A stretch of DNA of 43,581 nucleotides from the IMG/VR virus record IMGVR_UViG_3300018476_000006, positions 1 through 43,581 of that record. One strand, written 5' to 3'. Position 1 is the stretch's first letter, and each line of letters begins with the position of its first letter. Below the pieces are notes generated by a model. That model had not been told where the DNA came from. It ran no database searches and saw only the letters and a list, made by a program, of their open reading frames with translations. This document shows, one piece after another, positions 24,746-34,700 of this stretch. The translations under genes were made by a program, and so were the position numbers. The stretch is from a virus. Taxonomy: Duplodnaviria; Caudoviricetes.

Positions 24746-26632
24746 GTGGCGGTCGCGCTCGGGGACAAAGGCTATCGACTGGTAGCCGTGGACGACTTGA
24801 CCGGGGGCGTGGATCTGCGCCGCAGCCCGTCGCTGCTGCAGACCACGCGCGCCCGCGTGTTGCGGAACGTGTCCCTGCAGGAGCCGGGCGCGTGGCAGCC
24901 TTTCCCCGGGTGGCGCACCTACAGCACCACCGGCCTCGGCGTCGAGATACGCGGCGGCCGGCGCATCTACCTCAAGGACGCGACCTTCACGTTGGTGGGG
25001 TTCGCCAACGGCACCATTCTCAAGCCGACCGACGCGGGCGTGTGGGGCGTGCCGGTGACCACCGGGCGCTCGACCGTCAACCAGCACTACTTCGTCTACG
25101 ACCGCAACCTCGTCGCGGTGTTTGACGGCGTGGCCCCGATGGTCAAGAGCGCCGACGGTGCGACGTGGACGGCCTTTGGGATCCCCAAGCCGGCCGCCGC
25201 GCCCGTGCTCGCTGGGGTGGCCGGCGGGTCACTGGTCGCCACCAACGTCTACGAGGTGGCCTACACCTACAGCGACGACGCGCTGAGTGCCGAGAGCGTC
25301 GGCAGCGCGGTGGCGAGCCACACGGTCGTCGCCGGGTCGCTGACGATCCGGGCGACGGTGGCGCGGTCGGCCGACCCGCAGATCGACAAAATCTACATCT
25401 ACGCGCGCAACAAGACCGCCGGCGAGTCGGTGCTGCGCCGCGCGGGCAGCGTGGCCAACCCGGCCGGCGCCACCGCCACCTTCGACATCACGGCGCCGAC
25501 CCAGTTCTTCCCCGACGGGCTGGAGATTCCGACGCGACACGACCTGCCCAAGGCGATGACCTACGGCGTCGTGTGGCGCAACCGCTGGTGGGGGCTGGAC
25601 GCCACACAGGGCAACCGGATCCGGTTCACCGAGGTCTTCCTGCCGCAGGCGTGGCCCGACCTGTTCTACGTCGACATCCCGTTTGAGAAGGGCGACAGCA
25701 TCACCGGGCTGGTGGCGCTGGGCGACACGCTGATCGTGTTCGGCAACACCGGCGTGTTTCTCATCATCGGCCAGACCTCGCTCGACTTTGAGGTGCGCCC
25801 CAGCGCCGGCGCGGTCGCCGGCAGCCTCGGCCTACGCGCCTGCTACGTCATCGAGCAGGGCGTCGTGCATTGCTCGGAGGGCGGCGTCTACATCTTCGAC
25901 GGCGCCAGCGACCGGCTGCTGTCCGACTCCATCGTCACCGCGTGGCGCGACATGATGGAAAACTCCACGCCCGCCAGCATCGGACTGATCGCGGTCACCT
26001 ATCACGAACGGCGCAAGGAGGTGCGGGTCAGCATCCCGCGCCTCTACGAGACCACCGGCCCGGGCGAGTGGATCCTCGACCTGTCGCGCACGCGCGAGCA
26101 GGAGACCGAGGCGTGGACATCGACCGACCGCGCCATCGGCGGCTACCTCCCGTGGGACGGCAAGGAAGTGGTCGCCGGCGACCAAGGCCGGCTGCTGTCG
26201 TGGAAGGTGGGCCTCGGGGGGCAACTGGCCGAGGAGGCCGTGGGGCACAGTGCCGACGGCGCCAACATGGTGTGCGTCTACGAAGGCCCGGCGCTGCTGG
26301 CCGCGCCTCGGCGCTCGACGCGCTACATCGACCTGTTTGGCGAGTACGGTCCCGCGCCCGGCACCTTCGCCATCGAGGTGCGCGTGGACGACGCGCCGGT
26401 CACCAACCTGTCGTTCAACATCGGCGCCGAGGTGTCCCTCTACGGCACGGCCGTCTACGGCACGTCGCTCTATGGGGGTAAACTGCGGCGCAACTTCACC
26501 TCGATGCTGCCCCTGTCGGCCGAGGGGCTGACGTTGACGCTGCGCGCGGTCTACGCCGGCAAGGCGCTGTTCCGCTGGTTCACCTACGCGGTCGGGCACC
26601 GGCCCGAGCCGCAGCTGCGAGGGTTCGACTAA
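24746..26632 (+). CDS. tail nozzle / packaged-DNA stabilisation protein (P22 gp10/T7 gp12-like)
   Basis: DLTGGV start, beta-propeller-like WRNRWW, GDSITGL, GVYIFDG; YG repeats near C-terminus. Confidence 0.75.
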   Translation: MAVALGDKGYRLVAVDDLTGGVDLRRSPSLLQTTRARVLRNVSLQEPGAWQPFPGWRTYSTTGLGVEIRGGRRIYLKDATFTLVGFANGTILKPTDAGVWGVPVTTGRSTVNQHYFVYDRNLVAVFDGVAPMVKSADGATWTAFGIPKPAAAPVLAGVAGGSLVATNVYEVAYTYSDDALSAESVGSAVASHTVVAGSLTIRATVARSADPQIDKIYIYARNKTAGESVLRRAGSVANPAGATATFDITAPTQFFPDGLEIPTRHDLPKAMTYGVVWRNRWWGLDATQGNRIRFTEVFLPQAWPDLFYVDIPFEKGDSITGLVALGDTLIVFGNTGVFLIIGQTSLDFEVRPSAGAVAGSLGLRACYVIEQGVVHCSEGGVYIFDGASDRLLSDSIVTAWRDMMENSTPASIGLIAVTYHERRKEVRVSIPRLYETTGPGEWILDLSRTREQETEAWTSTDRAIGGYLPWDGKEVVAGDQGRLLSWKVGLGGQLAEEAVGHSADGANMVCVYEGPALLAAPRRSTRYIDLFGEYGPAPGTFAIEVRVDDAPVTNLSFNIGAEVSLYGTAVYGTSLYGGKLRRNFTSMLPLSAEGLTLTLRAVYAGKALFRWFTYAVGHRPEPQLRGFD

Positions 26633-27466
26633 ATGGCGAGCTTCCCGACGACCCCGGTCGTCTTCCCCACGCGCGCGGACGCGACCCCCATCTTCGCCGA
26701 CCACATGAACGCGGTGCAGGACGAGATCATGGCGCTGGAGGCCGCGCTGATCGGCGGCAGCCTGCCGTCCCATTCGGTCACTGCGCCGCTGACGGTGGTG
26801 GGCGCGTCACCCGTGCTGGTCCTTGACGACACTGGCGCAGTCGCGAACGCCCGCGCGCAGAACCTCACGGGCGATCTCATACTGTCGGCCAACACGTCGG
26901 GTAGCAGCAACGCCGACGACGCGGCGAAGGCGGCGGTCCAACTCGCCCTGCTGGCGTCGTCGGGTCGCCTCGCGCTCTACACCTCGCCCGCTGGCCCCGT
27001 GCCGCGCACGCCGGAACTGGTGCTGCTGGTCGAGGTCAACGGCGCGATCCGTGAGCGCGGGCGCACGGCCGCGATGGGCGACTGGGTCAACATCCCCTAC
27101 AACGCCGGGTTCTTTGTCGGCGGCGGCTTCGCGTGGACGGTCGAGGCCGCCGACGTGGTGACCTACGCCTACTCACTGGTCGGCAAGACGATGACGATAA
27201 CCGTCTACGTGCAGACGACGTCACTGGCCGGTGCGGCCAACTCGCTGCAGGTCGCCCTGCCCGCCGGATATACCGGGGCCGCGTTTGCGGCCGGGTCGGC
27301 GTATCTGAGCGACAACGGCGTGGTGGTCCCGGCGGTCTGGCGCGTGTCGCCCGCCTCGTCGGTGATCTTGTTCGGCAAGAATCACACGTTCAACGCCGCG
27401 TTCACCGCGTCGACCAACCTCACGGCGGTGGCCGCCACGATGTCGTTTCAAGTGAACACGCCGTAG
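26633..27466 (+). CDS. putative tail fibre/spike
   Basis: ADHMNAVQDEIMALE N-terminal anchor; YAYSLVGKTMTI, LQVALP knob-like C-terminus. Confidence 0.7.
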   Translation: MASFPTTPVVFPTRADATPIFADHMNAVQDEIMALEAALIGGSLPSHSVTAPLTVVGASPVLVLDDTGAVANARAQNLTGDLILSANTSGSSNADDAAKAAVQLALLASSGRLALYTSPAGPVPRTPELVLLVEVNGAIRERGRTAAMGDWVNIPYNAGFFVGGGFAWTVEAADVVTYAYSLVGKTMTITVYVQTTSLAGAANSLQVALPAGYTGAAFAAGSAYLSDNGVVVPAVWRVSPASSVILFGKNHTFNAAFTASTNLTAVAATMSFQVNTP

Positions 27467-27470
27467 GCTC

Positions 27471-27836
27471 ATGGCGCGCACGAGCTACATCACGGCGCTG
27501 CTGGCGGGGCTGGACGCCGACCACAAGAAGGCGCTCAAAAGCGCCTTCGACTACGTGCTCGACAACCTGCGCTGGGGGCGGCCCGACCACAAGAAGCGCA
27601 GCGAGAACGGCCAGCAGTACTACTACGAGGCCATCACCGCACCAGTGGCCGACGCCGAGTTTTCCATCGAGCACGGCCTCGCGGTGGCGCCCTACCTGCT
27701 GGTGCCGATCCTCGCGCTCGACGCGCCGGGCACCGAGTTTGTGCCGCTGCTGGTGACGCGCGCGGCCGACAACGAGCGCGTCTACCTGTCGTCCCCAATC
27801 GCCAACGCGATCATTCGCGTGATGGTGGAGGCGTAG
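27471..27836 (+). CDS. tail-associated hypothetical protein
   Basis: IEHGL..AP motif; position in tail module. Confidence 0.7.
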   Translation: MARTSYITALLAGLDADHKKALKSAFDYVLDNLRWGRPDHKKRSENGQQYYYEAITAPVADAEFSIEHGLAVAPYLLVPILALDAPGTEFVPLLVTRAADNERVYLSSPIANAIIRVMVEA

Positions 27837-27837
27837 A

Positions 27838-28419
27838 ATGGCCCGCACCGTGAAGCTGATCCTGCTGCTCACCCTGCTGCTGCTCGACGTGTGCGTGGTC
27901 ACGCCGTGGCTGGCCGGCGCCGCCGCGCCGGGCGTCGACCGCGCGTGGTTCACCGCGCTCATCCCGCTGATTACGGCGGCCGTCGGCGCGATGACCAAGA
28001 AGAAGAAGCAGCCCATTGGCTACGCCAGCAACCCCGACAGCGGCGGCGAGACCGACGGCGGGGGCGGGGGCTTTGACTGGGGCGCGGCCGCGCCGTGGCT
28101 GGCCGCCGGCGGCGCGGGGCTGGCCGGCTACATGCTGGGCAACCGGGGCGACGACGACAAGAAGAAGACCGACAGCAACGGCATCCTCACGTCGATGCTC
28201 GCGCAGCAGCAGGCGCGGATGCAGCAGAACGAACCGGCGCAGCAGGCGATCCTGTCGATGGCCAGCGGCATGATGCCGACCTACATGAAGCAGCCCGGCG
28301 GCGGCCTCGACCAGTGGCAGCGCGGCTACGAGTCGCGGTCGGCCAGCGCCAACACGGCGGTGCCGCGCACGCCTTACCCGGGGAGCTACCAGCTGCCCGG
28401 CGCGCAGTACGAGAACTGA
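27838..28419 (+). CDS. putative ejection/pilot protein with hydrophobic N-terminus
   Basis: Hydrophobic segments, Gly/Ala-rich, Gln-rich helix; first of ejectosome cluster. Confidence 0.55.
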   Translation: MARTVKLILLLTLLLLDVCVVTPWLAGAAAPGVDRAWFTALIPLITAAVGAMTKKKKQPIGYASNPDSGGETDGGGGGFDWGAAAPWLAAGGAGLAGYMLGNRGDDDKKKTDSNGILTSMLAQQQARMQQNEPAQQAILSMASGMMPTYMKQPGGGLDQWQRGYESRSASANTAVPRTPYPGSYQLPGAQYEN

Positions 28420-28426
28420 GGCACCC

Positions 28427-29557
28427 ATGGCCCTGCAGTCCTACGACCAATACACCGGCGGCGGCGCGGGCGCGATGACCGGGGTGCCGGCCGCGCAGAC
28501 GCCGGTGCCGGCCGGATGGAGCGCCGCCACCGCGCAGCCGCAGCCGTCGCCGAGCTTCTCGCCGTGGACGGCGCAGCAGCAGCCCGGCAGCCAGCAGGCG
28601 ATGCCGTTTTTTGACGACCCGCTGTCGCAGCCGCTGATGGAAAGCTGGGGCCGCCGGATGACGCAGCTGCGCTCGCCCGGGCCGCGCTACGGCGATGTCG
28701 AGCGGACCATGTGGGGGTCGATGAACGAAGACCCGCGCCTCACCGGGCTGATCAAGAACATGACCGGGCTGGCCAACCGCAGCGCGCCGGGCAACGCCTA
28801 CCTCGGGCAGTATGCCGCCTCGACCACCAAGCGGATGGGCGAACTGAACGAAGAGCCGTTTGACGCCAGCGCCGAGGCGCAGCTGAAGGCGCGCTTCTTC
28901 GATGACCTCGCGCGCAGCCGGGACGACCGCACGCAGCAGCTGAAGGAGCGCCTCGCCTCGATGGGGATGGCGCCCACCAGCGGCACCGCGCAGGAAGCCG
29001 GCGCGCTGCTGGAGGGCGAGTACGAGGGGGCGCGCGCCGGGCAGCAGCGCGACCTGCTCAAGTACGTGACCGACGAGCGCAACCGCCGGCGCGACCTCGC
29101 GGTCGAGATGTCGGGCGGGCTGTCGTCGCACGGGCAGGCCGACGCCAGCAACCGCGCGCAGTGGATGTCGCAGCAGGCCAACCTCGGGCAGGGGCTGGCC
29201 GGCATCCTCGCCAACCTGCAGACCAACCGCGCCAACGTCGCGCAGGGCATTGCGGGCCTGCGCCGCCAGAGCTACCTCGATGACATCGAGCGCGGCGGGA
29301 TGGAACTGGACACCAGCGCCCTGCCTTCGGCGCTGGGGCAGCAGCGGATGACGCAGCTGCAGCAGATGCTGTCGCAGAACACGCCGACCCAGCAGCAGCT
29401 GTTCGAACAGCAGATGGCGCAGCAGCGCGCGGCCGACGAGAACCGGCGCTACGCCGATCAGAACCGCACCAATATGTGGGGCGCCATTGGCCAGTTCGCG
29501 GCGCCGGCCATCGGCGCGGTCGCCGGCCACTACTTCCCGCAGCAGGGCCAGCGGTAG
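28427..29557 (+). CDS. putative ejection (internal virion) protein
   Basis: Gln/Ala helical; LASMGM..SG; C-terminal WGAIGQFAAPAIGA. Confidence 0.6.
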   Translation: MALQSYDQYTGGGAGAMTGVPAAQTPVPAGWSAATAQPQPSPSFSPWTAQQQPGSQQAMPFFDDPLSQPLMESWGRRMTQLRSPGPRYGDVERTMWGSMNEDPRLTGLIKNMTGLANRSAPGNAYLGQYAASTTKRMGELNEEPFDASAEAQLKARFFDDLARSRDDRTQQLKERLASMGMAPTSGTAQEAGALLEGEYEGARAGQQRDLLKYVTDERNRRRDLAVEMSGGLSSHGQADASNRAQWMSQQANLGQGLAGILANLQTNRANVAQGIAGLRRQSYLDDIERGGMELDTSALPSALGQQRMTQLQQMLSQNTPTQQQLFEQQMAQQRAADENRRYADQNRTNMWGAIGQFAAPAIGAVAGHYFPQQGQR

Positions 29558-29560
29558 GCC

Positions 29561-31798
29561 ATGGCCGGCTGGATCCCGCAACTGTTTGCCGGCGGTCTCG
29601 GCGGTCCCTCCGGGGTGCCGCCGCTGCCCGACCTGCCCGGCCTCGGCGGCGCGCCGGGGATGGGACCGGACCCGTTGGCCGGCTTCGCGCCGCCGCCACT
29701 GGGCGCGTTCGAACCCTACGCCGCGCCGGCGCTGGACGAGGACAGCGGCGTGGCGCCGGTGCCCTACACGCCGCAGCAGACCGGCGCGCCGATGGCGCTG
29801 GGCAACCTGCTGGGCGGCCTCTACGGCGGCGAGAACCCGACGGTGGACGCCGCCAGCGCGCAGATGCGCGGCGAGCGGGACGCGGCGCGCGCGGCCGAAC
29901 CGATCCCCGACGCCCGGTCTCAGTACGAGGAGGACGAGCAGGACGACGCCGACCTGTTCCAGCCGCACGGTCTCAAGCGCACGCTGGTCGAGCGCGGCAT
30001 CCCGGCGCTCATCGCGGCGCTGGCGGGCGCGTTCGGCGGTGGCTCGGCGGCCGCCACTGGGATGCTAGCCGGCAGCAGCAAGGGGCTGGAGCAGCAGCGC
30101 GCGGAAGAACTGGAGCAGGCCAAGATCGAATCGGCCCGGCGCGACCGCAAGCGCGCGCGGCGGGACGCCAACCAGCAGCGCGACTGGCAGCGGATGCAGG
30201 ACCGCGCGGCCGCCACCAACACGCTGACCGCGAAGCTGCGCGAGTTCGAAGACCCGCAGGCGGGCCTCGCGTGGCTGCGCTCCTCGTCGGTGCGGAAGAG
30301 CTACGCGGCGATGGGCGTGGACGTGGACGAGATCGGCGGCGCGCTGGCGCCCGAGATGGAAGCGAAGCTGCGGAAAGAGGCGCGCACCATCTACAAGGAC
30401 ACGCTCGCCAACCTGCAGACCCTCTACAAGGACAAGGCGCTGCCGCCGAGCATTTTGGACGAGGTGGCGCAGGACTTCCACGGCGTCCACATGACGCTGC
30501 GGGAACTGGCCGACTACGGCGGCGAGGGCGCGCTGGGCAAAGACGCCGAGATGAAGCTGGCGCCGCTGCACCCGGGCACGTTCGAAGCGCAGATCGAGGG
30601 CGCCTTCAAGACCTTCGAAGAGAACACCGGCCGGCCGCCCGACGTGAAGGAGCAGGGCAACATCGTGCTGGCCGAGCGGAAGAAGTGGACGGAGTCGGGG
30701 CGCGACCCGGCGACCGCGCAGCTGACGCAGCTGCTGCTGCAGGGACGGGTCGACGCGCAGGCCGAGACCCGGCGCAGCGAAGGCGAGATGGCGCGGCACT
30801 ACACCAAGCCGCAGCTGCAGCTGATGGTGCAGCTGGAGAACCAGTACAACAAGCAGGCGGCGCCCTACGCGGCCAAGGCGCGGTTCTTCAACGAGATTCG
30901 CGACACCGCCCCGCGCGCGCTGCGGAAGGACGGCAAGAGCGGCAGCCCCATCGCCCAGACCCGGATGATCTTCCAGTATATGAAGATGCTGGACGAGGAC
31001 AGCGCGGTGCGCGCCTCCGAGCAGCGGCAGGTGCGGGACGCGCGCGGCATCCCCAACTGGGTGCTCGACGCCTACTGGCAGGCGCGCGACGGGCAGGTGC
31101 TCAACAACGACATCATCCTGCAGATCGTGCAGGAGGCCACCTCGACCTACGACGTGGCCAAAAAGCAGCACTACCAGTACGCCAAATCCATCGCCGAGCA
31201 GGCCGACCGGTTCGACATCGATGTGAACGACGTGGTGCGCGACTACAACGCCTACGGCGACCCGATGGGCGGCCCCAACGACAAAGACTGGCCCTACAAG
31301 CGCCCCGAGTCGGTCGACCGGGGCAACCGGCGCGAGCCGGCGGCCGCTGCGCCCAGCGAGGCACCAGCGGTCCCACCGGCGGCGTCAGCGGCCGAGCCGG
31401 CCGCCCCGCCGGGCGCCGCAGCGGCCACGCCGACGTTCGACTTCCGCACGCAGGGCGCCGACCCCGGGCGGCCGCCGACCCCGGGCGAGATTCGCGCCGG
31501 CGGCGCGCGGCCGGGCGCGAAGGTCATCGAAGGGGTGCCCGGGGGCGCGCGCGGGTTGCCCGGGGCCGCCCCGACCGGGACCAAGCCGACGCCGTCCGCT
31601 GGGCCGATGGTGGCGCCGACCGCCAAGACCGTGCAGGCCAAGCGCATCGTGCAGGCGCGCGACGGCAGCTTCCACTACGTGACGGGCGTGCCGGCTGACG
31701 GCGGCGGGGTGCAGGCGCGCCGCGTCAAGAAGGTCGACGGGCGCTGGGTGTTTGCCGACGGCGAGCCGGGCGACGGCACGCCGGTGCCGGGCTACTAG
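29561..31798 (+). CDS. putative ejection (internal virion) protein
   Basis: Coiled coils; IFQYMKMLDEDSAVRASE motif of podoviral injection proteins. Confidence 0.65.
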   Translation: MAGWIPQLFAGGLGGPSGVPPLPDLPGLGGAPGMGPDPLAGFAPPPLGAFEPYAAPALDEDSGVAPVPYTPQQTGAPMALGNLLGGLYGGENPTVDAASAQMRGERDAARAAEPIPDARSQYEEDEQDDADLFQPHGLKRTLVERGIPALIAALAGAFGGGSAAATGMLAGSSKGLEQQRAEELEQAKIESARRDRKRARRDANQQRDWQRMQDRAAATNTLTAKLREFEDPQAGLAWLRSSSVRKSYAAMGVDVDEIGGALAPEMEAKLRKEARTIYKDTLANLQTLYKDKALPPSILDEVAQDFHGVHMTLRELADYGGEGALGKDAEMKLAPLHPGTFEAQIEGAFKTFEENTGRPPDVKEQGNIVLAERKKWTESGRDPATAQLTQLLLQGRVDAQAETRRSEGEMARHYTKPQLQLMVQLENQYNKQAAPYAAKARFFNEIRDTAPRALRKDGKSGSPIAQTRMIFQYMKMLDEDSAVRASEQRQVRDARGIPNWVLDAYWQARDGQVLNNDIILQIVQEATSTYDVAKKQHYQYAKSIAEQADRFDIDVNDVVRDYNAYGDPMGGPNDKDWPYKRPESVDRGNRREPAAAAPSEAPAVPPAASAAEPAAPPGAAAATPTFDFRTQGADPGRPPTPGEIRAGGARPGAKVIEGVPGGARGLPGAAPTGTKPTPSAGPMVAPTAKTVQAKRIVQARDGSFHYVTGVPADGGGVQARRVKKVDGRWVFADGEPGDGTPVPGY

Positions 31799-31799
31799 C

Positions 31800-34700
31800 G
31801 TGAGCGATAAGTCTTCCGGCCTGCTGTCGTTTGACGAGATCGCGGGCGTCGTCGCCACGCCGGCCGAGGTGCGCGCGGGCACCACCAGCGGGGGCCGCTC
31901 GGCCTCCATGGGCGGCTACGGGGCGCTCGCCGACATCGGCTACGGCGCCGCGCGGTGGCTGGGACAGGGCGCCTACAACGTCGGCAAGACGGTCTACGAC
32001 ACGCCGCTGGGCGGCCTGTTCGACAACATCATGGGCGGGCTGTCGGGCAAGGGCGCCGAGGCGCAGGCCAAGGAAGGCGCCGCGCTGTTCGGGATGCCCA
32101 GCGCCGAGGAGGAGGCCGCCGCCGCGCCGTCCGCGCAGGACGAGTATCTCAAGCGCATCCTCGCCGAGGCCGAGGAGCGCAAGCGCCAAGCGGCGCTCGC
32201 GCGCACGCCCGGCAGTCGCCGCGCCGCAACCGGTGCGCTGACGCCCGAGGCCGACGACCCCGCCGCGCGCTTCACGCTGGACACCAAGGCACTGGTCGAC
32301 GCCGAGAACGAAACCCTGCAGCCGGTGCCCGAGGCCACCCTGCCGAGTGAGGCGAAGCCGCCGGCCGAGTACGGCACGCTGGAGGGGGCGCTGCAGTTCC
32401 AGAACCCGCGCGAGGCCGCCACCGGCACCGCGCTCGACGTGGCCTCGTCGCTGGCGCCCAACCCGGTCAGCCGCGCCGAGATCATCATGGCGCTGTCGCG
32501 CACGGCCCCGAGGGCCGCGCGGTTCCTGCTGGCGCACCCGCGTCTGGGCAACGCCGCCATCAACGCCGTGCGCGAGGGCGCGATGGGCGCCGGGCTGGGC
32601 GCGTTCCAAGAGGCCGACCCCTACACCGGCGCCGGCTACGGCACGGCACTGGGCGCGCTGTTGCCGCCGTCGCTGGGGCCACAGCCCGGCCGCATCACGG
32701 CGGCGCGGGAGTCGCTGGCCGACGCCGCCACCCGCAGCGCACAACAGCGCGCCGGGCAGGCGTTCAGCCCGAGCACCAACCCCAACAAGCGGTTTGTCGA
32801 GCGCAACTGGGAGCGGATGACGCGCGAGGCGCCGACGTGGACAAACCTTGAGCGCGTGCAGCAGCAGGCGCAGCGCGCGGCCGATACCGCCGGCGCGCAG
32901 TTGCGGGAGCACTTCGCCAACATCCGCCAGCCGAACCAGACAGCGGGCCTGCGACGGACGACCGCCGCGCTGACGCGCGCGGGCAACCTGCTGCTCAGTC
33001 ACGGCGTGGAACTGGCGCCGCAGACGCGCGAGAACCTGCAGTCGGTGGTCGGCGCGCTGCGGGGACTGAACCCGCGCAGCACCAACCTGCACACGCTGCG
33101 GAACGCGCACGGCATGGTCATCGACGCGCTGCATGAGGCCGGGCGCGAAAACCGGCGCATCAGCCAGCTGATGATGCACAACACGGTGCGGCAAGTCTTC
33201 GACAACGCCGCGCAGGCCGGGGTGGTGCCCGCGAGCCGCCGGGCGATGGTCACCGGCGGGCTGGGCATCGAGGACGTGGCCAACGCGGTCACGCCGTCGC
33301 GCGTGAACACCCGGCCGATCCTGCGCCAGCTGCAGCGCGCGCAGCAGCGCCACTTCCAGCACCGCAGCGATGCCGGGCGGTGGATCACCGACGACCAGTT
33401 GGGGTTCGACAACCTGCAGACGCTCATCGATCAGATCGCGCAGAACGGCAACGAGATCAACCTCGACACGCTCCGCAGCATCCGGCAGTCGTGGGACAAC
33501 ATCGTGGCCGGCGGCGCGGGCACCGGGTTCCTCGCGGACAACATCGCCGACGAGAGCAAGCGCGGCGCGCATCGCATCGCGCGCGGCGTGCTGTCCGACC
33601 GGATGGCCGCGACCACGCCCGAGGTGGTCCCGCTCAACCGGGCCTACAGCTACCACCAGAACGTCGCTGACGTGGTGGCCGCCACGCCGAGGCGGCGCAC
33701 CGGGCAGACCAAGGGACCGCTGGCGGGCATCGCGGCCACCGCTGGCGTCGGGTTCGGCACGCATCGGGGCGACGACGAAACCAGCGCCGGGGACGCGCTG
33801 GGGTCGCTGACGGCCGGCGCGCTGGCGTGGTATGCCACCCGGCTGATCAAGTCTCCGAACTGGAACCTGTTGAGCGCCAAGATACGGCTGAAGGTCGCCG
33901 ACGCGCTGCGCCGGGGCAACACCAGCGTGCTGCGCCACACGCTGGCGCGCGCCGAGGGCTACCTGCACCGCCGCGCCGCCGGGCGCGCCGGCCCCGACTT
34001 CGCCGAACAAGACAACGACCTGTCGGACGACGAGAGTGACGCGCAGCTGCAGCGGATCCTCGGCGGCTACGCGCTGGAGCCGGGCGTCACCGCGCCTGCG
34101 CGCGATGCCAGTGAGATCCCCGACCCCATCGAAGACGGCGACGAGGACGACGACAACGAGGCCGGCGTGCAGCCGGGCATCGACACCCTCGACATCGGCG
34201 TGCCCGGCGTCGACCCGCTGGTGCCCGGCAGCCGGCTGACGCCCGACGCACATGAGGCCATCGAAGGCGAAGAGGCCGCCAACCGCGCCGAACCGGGACG
34301 CGAAGCGCGCAAGGCCGAACTGCAGCGCGCCGGCTTCAGTGGGCGCGAACTGCGCGAGATGCTGCGGGGCGGCGCCAGTCTGGTCGACAAGGTCAGCCAG
34401 CCGTTGCTGGAGGGACCAGACCTGCCGGGCTGGCCGCGCACCGAGAAGTTCCTCGGCGCGCTGTCGCAGTTCACCTCGCCGATGGACATCGCGTCGGTGG
34501 GCACGTCGGTCGCCCGGCCGCTGCTGGGGACCGCCACGCGCGTCGGTCGGGTGGTCGAGGGCGTCGGGCGTGGCATCGGCGCGGCGACGGCCCTGCAGGG
34601 TGCCGAGGGCATGGTCGAGGGCGTGGAGCAGGGTGACCCGCTGCGGTTTGCCGGCGGGGCCGTAGGAACCGCGCTGGGGGGCGCTGGGATGCGTTCTGGC